From positions 91,198 through 146,896 of the forward strand of contig PS015069.1 in assembly GCA_048213135.1 (NCBI GenBank): DNA of 55,699 bases, written 5' to 3'. Shown piece by piece: positions 48,738 to 55,699 of this stretch. The notes under the pieces were generated by a model, which was given only the letters and a program-made list of their open reading frames with translations, made no database searches and was not told the origin of the DNA. This DNA is from Reclinomonas americana ATCC 50394. Its lineage: Eukaryota. A program made the translations under genes and the position numbers. How positions within the stretch are numbered: the stretch's first letter is position 1; the number at the start of each line of letters is the position of its first letter.

Positions 48738-50499
48738 TCTGGCGACGAGGGCGCCGTGGGCACTGCAATCGACAGTGCTGCCGTGGAGGCACTGCGCGAG
48801 GAAGTCAGTCAACGCGCTGTGTCGGGCATCGAGAGTCTGTATCAGCAGACGGCGGCGGCGTTTGAGAGTGTGCTGCGGTGCGCGCTCTTTCCACTCGCCT
48901 TCTCGTACCCCTCCTTATGTCTTCTCATGCCCTCGTCTGTGCCAGTGAGTGTGAGGATCAGCCGAGCGCACAGGCATCTGGATCATCGGCATCGTCGCGT
49001 AAACCCTCTGCGCCTGCGTCGTCGTCGAATGCGGGAGGATCGTCGCCGGCATCGACTGCGAAGCTGCTGGCCAGCATCTTGCAGTGCTTGCTCCTGTTTC
49101 GCGATCTGCCGCTGTGTCGGTTGCTACCGGGCTGGGAGGAGACGCGCCTCGGGCAGGGTGTGCTGCACAAGTTCAAGTTGCTGGTGAATCGGTGCAAGAC
49201 CACACTGCGTGGGTGAGTCGGCTCGCCTGCGTATGTGTGTGGTTTGGAGTGTTGACTGGTGCGCGCGCGCCAGTGAGTACCTGCAGCAGCTGCAAGACCG
49301 CGGATGGCCGAGTGCAGCGGGTGAGGCCGACGCCGATGACGATGTTGCTGTGGCGGCGGCGGCGGCGGCAGGCGCCAATCGTCGACCCAAAGCTGGTGCT
49401 GCGGCTGCTGCTGCTGCTGCCGCCGCCGCACCGACAGCCGATGCGTCATCACTGCACCAGACGTATGCGCTGCTGGCGCGCCTCGACATGATGTTGCGTG
49501 GGTATTTCGCTGTGCCTGCCTGTCTTCTCGCTCACTGTGTTTTGTCATGCAGTCGCGTGTGGTGCGCACGGCAAGTTCACCCGAATGCGGCACTCTGGCA
49601 GTTGGTATGCTCGCCGCTCAATGTGGCACCGGGCGCTCACATGCCACCGTCATCGTGGCGCGTGCTGGAGACGCTGGTGGATGCGGCACATGTGCGCTTC
49701 GTGTATCACTTTTGCTCGGGTCGACAGACGGCACGAGCCGACAAACCCGAATGGCGTTTCACGTTTTTCACGACCACTGTGGAGCGACTGGCACTGGCCG
49801 CTGCGGAGATGCAACGAGCACACCACTTGTTGCCGCCGTTGTGCGTGCGCAAGGCGGCAGACGACAGCGGTGCGGAGGAGACCATTGTGTTGGAGGAGGT
49901 GGACTTGCTGGTGAGCAACCCTCCTCTCTGTTTGTCGACTTGATGTGGTGCTTATTCCTTCCTTTGTGTAGTTTGAGTTCATCAACGCGTGGATGAAGCG
50001 CGTGAATCCACATGTGGTGGAGATTGCCGAGGCGGTGCTGCACATGCCACCGACTGCGGACGGTGACGACGGGGACTCGCCGACGGCACTCTTCATGCAC
50101 CTGGTGCACGAGAGTGTGGTGTTTACACGCGGTCTCCGCTCAACATTTGGCTACGGCGGCACACCTGTGGGTGTGCAACCGGAACGACTGACCCCCCTCC
50201 ATGTACTCACGACAACGGCGACCTTGCGCGAGGCGTGGCACGACTTGGACAAGCAGCGTTGCGTGGTACTCTCTCCCCGCACCGCCTGGCACTGTTTCTC
50301 AATCGCACTGCAGGTGCACGCACGCAAACGCTGACGAACCTCGGCGCCGGTGATGCGTGGGAGCCTGCGCACAATCGTGACATTCAGCCGGCAATGCCGT
50401 GCCGTTTTGCCACGCAGTCCAGTGTGTTGCTGGACGCTGCTCTCGGTACGTGTTCCACACCAACGAGAGAGTACTCGTGCAGCTTCTCTCTCTCACTCA

Positions 50500-50538
<39 letters not shown>

Positions 50539-51603
50539 TGTTGCTCATTGCCGGCGAGCAGAACGATACGCCGACATTCCGGACCCGGTGTTCGCCGACG
50601 ACCTGGTGCAGGCGGTGGTTGTCGATCCACTCAAGATTGTCGTGCAAGCGGTGCGTGTGGCAACGTGTTTCTTGCTCCCCTGTGCATCATCGCTCACTTG
50701 CCGTGTGCGCAGATGGCGCGCAAGCGCGAGGAGGCCACTACGGTGCCGTTCGCCGCATTTGGGGCGCTCGGCTCGTGGCAGCGGGCTTTGACGTGGTTGT
50801 GTGCGGTGACGAATTCGGCTGCTTACTTGTCGACCAGTGTGAATGCGGCGTGCGACACTCTCAGTCTCCATCATCCGGTGCGTGCTATTGGTTAGCTGCT
50901 ACATGACACTGAATGCTGATGATGCAACAGGCCTCGGTGCCGGAGCTGGAGGCCGTGGCCAGCGTGCTGTCACAGTTGGCGGAGGAGACGGTGGAGTCAA
51001 TGGCGGCGCTGGTGGGTCGCATCTGCGAGCACACGATGCAGCACGACTACAAGCCACCGCGTCACAACTTTGCCGGCACTGGTATTGTCCAGTGTGGTGC
51101 CGTGTTGCGCTCGTCGGTGGCGCACGTGCAAGAGCACCTGCACGACTCTTCCATGCGCGTACTGGTGCGACAAGCCGCTGCGCGGATGGACGTGGTGCTG
51201 CTCGAGTGCGTGCCACACCCATTTTGTGTGTGTCTCTCTCTCTTGGTTGCCATTGCCTGACTCCGATCGCAGACGCATTCTGGCGGCCGGCGCCATCTCC
51301 CAGGACGTGGCGCAGCAGCTGGCGCAGGAGATGAAGGCACTGGTGGTGTCGCTGTTTTCCGCGCACGCCCAGCGCCCACTCAACCTATTCCGCCGCGTCA
51401 AGGACGCGACGGTGCTGCTCGAGTGCGAGCTGAGCGAGGTCCGCGCGGTGCTCGCCCAGGTGCGCGACCACGAGAAGCACGACGGTGGCGATCTGCACGC
51501 CGCCGCCGCCAATGTGCAGTTGAAGCTCGGCGGCGACACGGTGCGCGTGCGCTCCCTCACCTGGCAGCAGGTGCGCGACTGCTGCTCCCTCCGCATGTCA
51601 TGA
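48738..51603 (+). CDS. RINT1: RINT1/Tip20 family tethering factor, 5' partial
   Basis: RFVYHFCSGRQTARADKPEW and LFMHLVHESVVF resemble RINT1/Tip20 motifs; spliced with GT-AG introns. Confidence 0.8.
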
Positions 51604-51708
51604 GTGAACGGGAAAGAGAGCAAGGAAGAGACGACTAAGTGACGCCTCCTTTCACATTATTCTTCCCCAGCGAAGGGGAGGGGGGTGGGGGCGAGTATGA
51701 GAGAAAAT

Positions 51709-54251
51709 CTATATGGTGGTGAGTTTGTCGACCAGCGCACGGTACCGCACTGGGTCCTCGACGCGCAGGTACCGCAGCATCTTGCGTCGCGAGTCCACGG
51801 CGCGCAGCAGTCCCCGTCGTGAGTGGACGTCCTTGGTCGCGCGGGAGCAGTGCTCGGAGAGTTGCTTGATGCGGAGGGTCCAGCGGGCGACTGAGTGGAG
51901 AGGGGGAAGGGGATAAAGGGAAAGGGTGAGAGGGGGGAAGGGGAAGGGGGAAAAGAAAAGGATAAGAGAGTCTGTGAGAGTGAAGGCAGGGAGAGACAGA
52001 GAGGGAGAGAGAAGGACAGAATGCATGAGGACGCCTGCAGGCTGCTCACGATGCTAAACAACGGGGGGATTGTGCAGCGAGGGAAAGCGAAGGACTCGTG
52101 AATGTCACACAGCGGCAGGAGTGCAAGAGCAACAAGCACGGAGAGAGAGAGAGAATGGAGAAGAACAGAATGAACGAGAAAGTGCAATGCAGGCAGGGAG
52201 AGTGAAGGAGAGAAGGACTGAATGAGAAGTGCAGCTCATCCGCGATGCCTATTGCTCATGCAGCAGCAGGAGTGTAAAAGCAATAAGCGCGGAGAGAGAG
52301 AGAGAGAGAGAGAGACGGCAGCAAGTGGCCACAAAGATGAAAACGAGGGCGAGGAGGGAGAGAAAAAGAGTGAGAAAGAGAGAGAAAGAGGCAGTGAATG
52401 ACAGAAAAGATGAAACAACAGAGAAGAAAGTGATGGACAACGATGAAATGTCAAGGCAGGAAGAGTGAGGGAGAGTAGGACTGGACGAGACGTGTAGCTC
52501 GTCTGCAATGCCTATAGCTCATGCAGCAAAAGCAACAAGCGCGGAGAGAGAGCGAGAGAGAATGGAGAAGAACAGAATGAACGAGGATGAAATGTCAAGG
52601 CAGGAAGAGTGAGGGAGAGAAGGACTGAATGAGAAGTGCAGCTCGTCTGCAATGCCTATAGCTCATGCAACGCACGAGTGTAAAAGCAATAAGCGCAGAG
52701 AGAAAGAGAGGGACAGTGAACGAGAATGTGCAACGAAGGCAGCAAGAGTGAAGGAGAGCAGCACTTGACGAGACGTGTAGCTCGTCTGCGATGCCTGCAG
52801 CTCATGCAGCAGCAGGAGTGCAAAAGAGCAACACGCGCGGAGAGAGAGAGAAAGAGAGAAAGAGAGAGAAGAAAGTAATGAACAACGATGAGATGAAAAG
52901 GCAGGGTGCGTGTAAGAGAGAAGGACTGTATCAGAAGTGCAGCTCGTTGCGATGCCGTGCTGATACAGCGCAAGTGAAAAGCTCTTCTGTGACAAAGTCT
53001 CTCTTCCCTCCCTTCCCCTCCCTCTGCCCCCTCGCCACACTCAACTCTGCACCTCCGGACTCCCACAATCATTCGGCGCACGCGCAAACCGCTGCACCAC
53101 CTCCCTCATCGCCGCCGCATTGCGCTCCGCCCGCCCCGCCGCCTCCAGCGACAACACCGCCCTCACACTCCCATCAATCGCCGCCAATGCCGATGACTCA
53201 TGTGAGAGAGCGGTTGAGACAACGCGCTCTGCGGCTGCCTCGCTGAGGTTGTAACGCGCGCGAGCCTCGGTGGCCAACGCCGACGAGGAGGTCGACATGA
53301 CGCGCCATGCCGCACCTCGTCCTCCGCGCGCGCCACTTGATGTGAGCGGTGGGGAGGAGAGGCACGCCAGTACTGTGTGTGTGTGCACATGAGAGAGTGA
53401 GTGGCAGAGGCAATGAGAGTGTGTGTGCGTGACTTGTGCAATGCATTGTGTTGTGTGATTGAGATGCGTATGTGCGTGCGTGTGAGTGCAGAGTAGGCGA
53501 CAGTGAAGGAGAGTGCGCGCACGTATGTGTGCGACAGAGAGAAGTGTGACACGCACACTGTGCGTGTCGACCAAAGTGCCTCTTCTTTTCTCTCGTCGCA
53601 CACTCGCGCACGCTCTGTGCTAGCCTCACACACAAGTGCACACACATACACACGTGCAGAGAGTGTGCGTGTGAGAAAGAAGTATGACACAGAGTGTCGA
53701 CCAAAGTGCCACTCATCTTCTCTTTCTTTCTCTCTTCTCACACACTCGCGCACGTTGCGTTCTCTCTGTGCTAGCCTCACACACAAGTGCACACACACGC
53801 ATGGGGAGAGTGTGTGCGTGTGAGAGAGAGAAGTGCGACTCACTGTGCGACAAATGCCTTTCATCTTCTTCTCTCCTCGCACACTCGCGCACGCTGCTCT
53901 CTCTCTCTCACACACACACACACAACCTTACACACGTATATGCGCGCACACATGCGTGCAGAGAGTGGCAGCAAGAGGAACCAGCGACCAAAGTGCCTTG
54001 CATTTCTTTTTTCTCTCTCTTCTCTTTTCTCTTTCTCCTTCGCGCTCTCGTCTCTCAACACCACACACATACAGGCGCGTGCACACAGGCGCAGAGAGAG
54101 TGCGCGGCAAGAGAAACAAGTCACAGGTGGTGTCGACCAAAGTGCCTTTTTTTCTCTCTTTCTTTCTCTCACGCTCACTCGCGTCTCTTCTCCCTCTCTG
54201 CACACACACGCATCGCACACACGCGAGAGACGAACCTCGTCGCAACAACAT
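51709..54251 (-). CDS. MRPS15: Mitochondrial ribosomal protein uS15m; exons 54251-54236, 53372-53046 and 51890-51709
   Basis: Arg/Ser-rich leader MLLRRVLACLSS...; S15 motif NDCGSPEVQIARWTLRIKQLSEH...KDVHSRRGLLRAVDSRRKMLRYLRVEDPVRYRALVDKL. Confidence 0.88.
52100..52970. repeat. Degenerate tandem repeat in uS15m intron 2
   Basis: About 5 copies of gtgcagctcgtctgcRatgcctatagctcatgcagca, near 52229, 52492, 52636, 52775 and 52936. Confidence 0.85.
53520..54150. repeat. Degenerate tandem repeat in uS15m intron 1
   Basis: (tgt)cgaccaaagtgcc near 53566, 53695, 53985 and 54131, with shared flanking sequence. Confidence 0.85.
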
Positions 54252-54797
54252 CGATGCCACCGAGCGATGGTCACGCAACTTCAATTGGAGCCATCGATCG
54301 ACCGGGTCCATCACACTACACAAAAACGATCGCGTATCTGCCATGATGATCATCGCGTTTGCCGTGTCGACGATGGAGACGATAATGTGCTACCATCGAT
54401 GTCCGTGCATGCATGCATGGGCGCAGTTGAAGTGCGGAGGCGATCTACCGCGTCGATCGGAGGCACTTTTGCGTGTTTCTTCTTTGAGTGTGTGCGTGAG
54501 AGAGAAGACAACGTGAGGTGCGTTGTTAAATGTTGCCACTGTTTTGCATGTGTGTGTGTGTGCTGTGTGTGAGAGAGCGTGCATGCATGTGTGCATTGAT
54601 CAATCAGTTTTTTTCCGAGAGACAAGTCACTTTCTCTCTTTCTGTCTCCTTCTCTCCTTCTCTTGACTGCATGTGCATTGCCGCATTGACCACTGCCTTC
54701 TCCTTCTTCTCGCGTGAAAAAACTCGCGCTCAATCACGCGCACTTGAGCCCAATTGAAGTCGAAAGTGCCTCACTGTTTTTTTGTCGCACATGTCAG

Positions 54798-54975
54798 ATG
54801 GCCGCCGCTGCTTCTGCCACCATGCAAGCTGTCCGCGAGAAGACTGCGTCCGCCAGTATCACTGCCGCGCAGAGTGAGACTCTTGTGCGCAACCTCATGC
54901 GCACGTCGATCTCGTCCATTTGCTACCTGCGCAATCTGTTTCCCGACGACTGTTTCGAGGACAAGGAGCTGGCCA
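54798..54975 (+). CDS. HOP1: Meiotic HORMA-domain protein HOP1/ASY1/HORMAD, first exon only
   Basis: ITAAQSETLVRNLMRTSISSICYLRNLFPDDCFEDKEL matches the HORMAD N-terminus; a donor follows at 54976. Confidence 0.82.
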
Positions 54976-55129
54976 GTTGCGTCTGCGCGTGTGCTCGCTA
55001 TATTCTCTTCTTATGATGGGAATGCCCACTCCTTCTCAGTTGTTGTCTTTTCCTCGAGAGTCCTCTTTTCTGCTCTCTTTTTCATCGTTCTCACTGTCTC
55101 TTGCCGCTTCTTCCTCTCATGCTCTTGTC

Positions 55130-55656
55130 ACTCTCTCTCTCTCCTACGTGCCAGTCCTTGCTGTTGGCTCTCTGCTTTTGTTTCTTTCGTCGTTCCCACT
55201 GCTGTAGTTTCTGTCTCTTGCCCCTTTTGGTTGTCCGTTCCTCTCGTGCTTTGTCTCTCCATTCTCTCTCTCTCTCTCTCCCCTACGTGTCAGTCCTTGC
55301 TGTTGGCTCTCTGCTCTTGTTTCTTTTGTCGTTCCACTCCTGCAGTTTCTGTCTGTTGCCACCCGTTGGTTGTCCATTCTCTCGTGCTCTTGTCACTCTC
55401 AGTCCAATCTGCCACTCCTTACTGTGGGCTTGCTGCTCTCGTTTTGTTTTTCATCGTTCCCACTGCTGTAGTTTCTGTCTCTTGCCCCTTTTGATTGTCC
55501 GTTCCTCTCGTGCTTTTGTCACTTTTCTCTCTCTCTGCTACGTGCCAGTCCTTGCTGTAAGCTCTCTGCTCACTTTTCTTTCGTCGTTCCTACTGCTGTA
55601 TACATGTAGTTTCTGTCTCTTGCCGCTTGTTGCTTGTCCGTTCCTTGTCTCTCCAT

Positions 55657-55687
<31 letters not shown>

Positions 55688-55699
55688 CTCCTTCCCTTC
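55130..55699 (+). repeat. Degenerate tandem repeat in the HOP1 intron
   Basis: Repeated ctacgtgccagtccttgctgt... and tcgttcccactgctgtagtttctgtctcttgcc units. Confidence 0.85.

Overview
A gene-dense, intron-rich, GC-rich nuclear scaffold from a non-metazoan eukaryote. The organism is probably a flagellated, sexual and heterozygous protist: it has a B9/MKS1 ciliary gene, HOP1, and an eS30 not fused to a ubiquitin-like domain. The ORF track is misleading because nearly all genes are spliced. I spliced about 18 distinct loci by hand: MKS1-like, DUF962, two head-to-head IFI6/IFI27 (ISG12)-family genes, a secreted EGF/FN3 heme peroxidase, a hypothetical gene, a CBM48 gene, thiolase, an OTU deubiquitinase, a Pro/Gln-rich fragment, a TPR protein, eS30, a signal-peptide LRR protein, a kinase-NACHT-ankyrin NLR-like gene, WDR82, NDOR1, RINT1, mitochondrial uS15 and HOP1. 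Positions 8622-17426 and 17882-26701 are inverted near-copies whose ends coincide exactly at assembly gaps, most likely two haplotypes of one locus. The most notable signals are: (1) about a quarter of introns use a one-base-shifted donor, GTTGCG/GTTGAG; (2) most long introns are bracketed by complementary purine and pyrimidine tracts and filled with private repeats; (3) there are several innate-immunity-like genes (kinase-NACHT-ANK, LRR, the ISG12 pair, the peroxidase). All splice models are manual inferences from reading frame and recalled protein motifs, not from transcript data or database searches.
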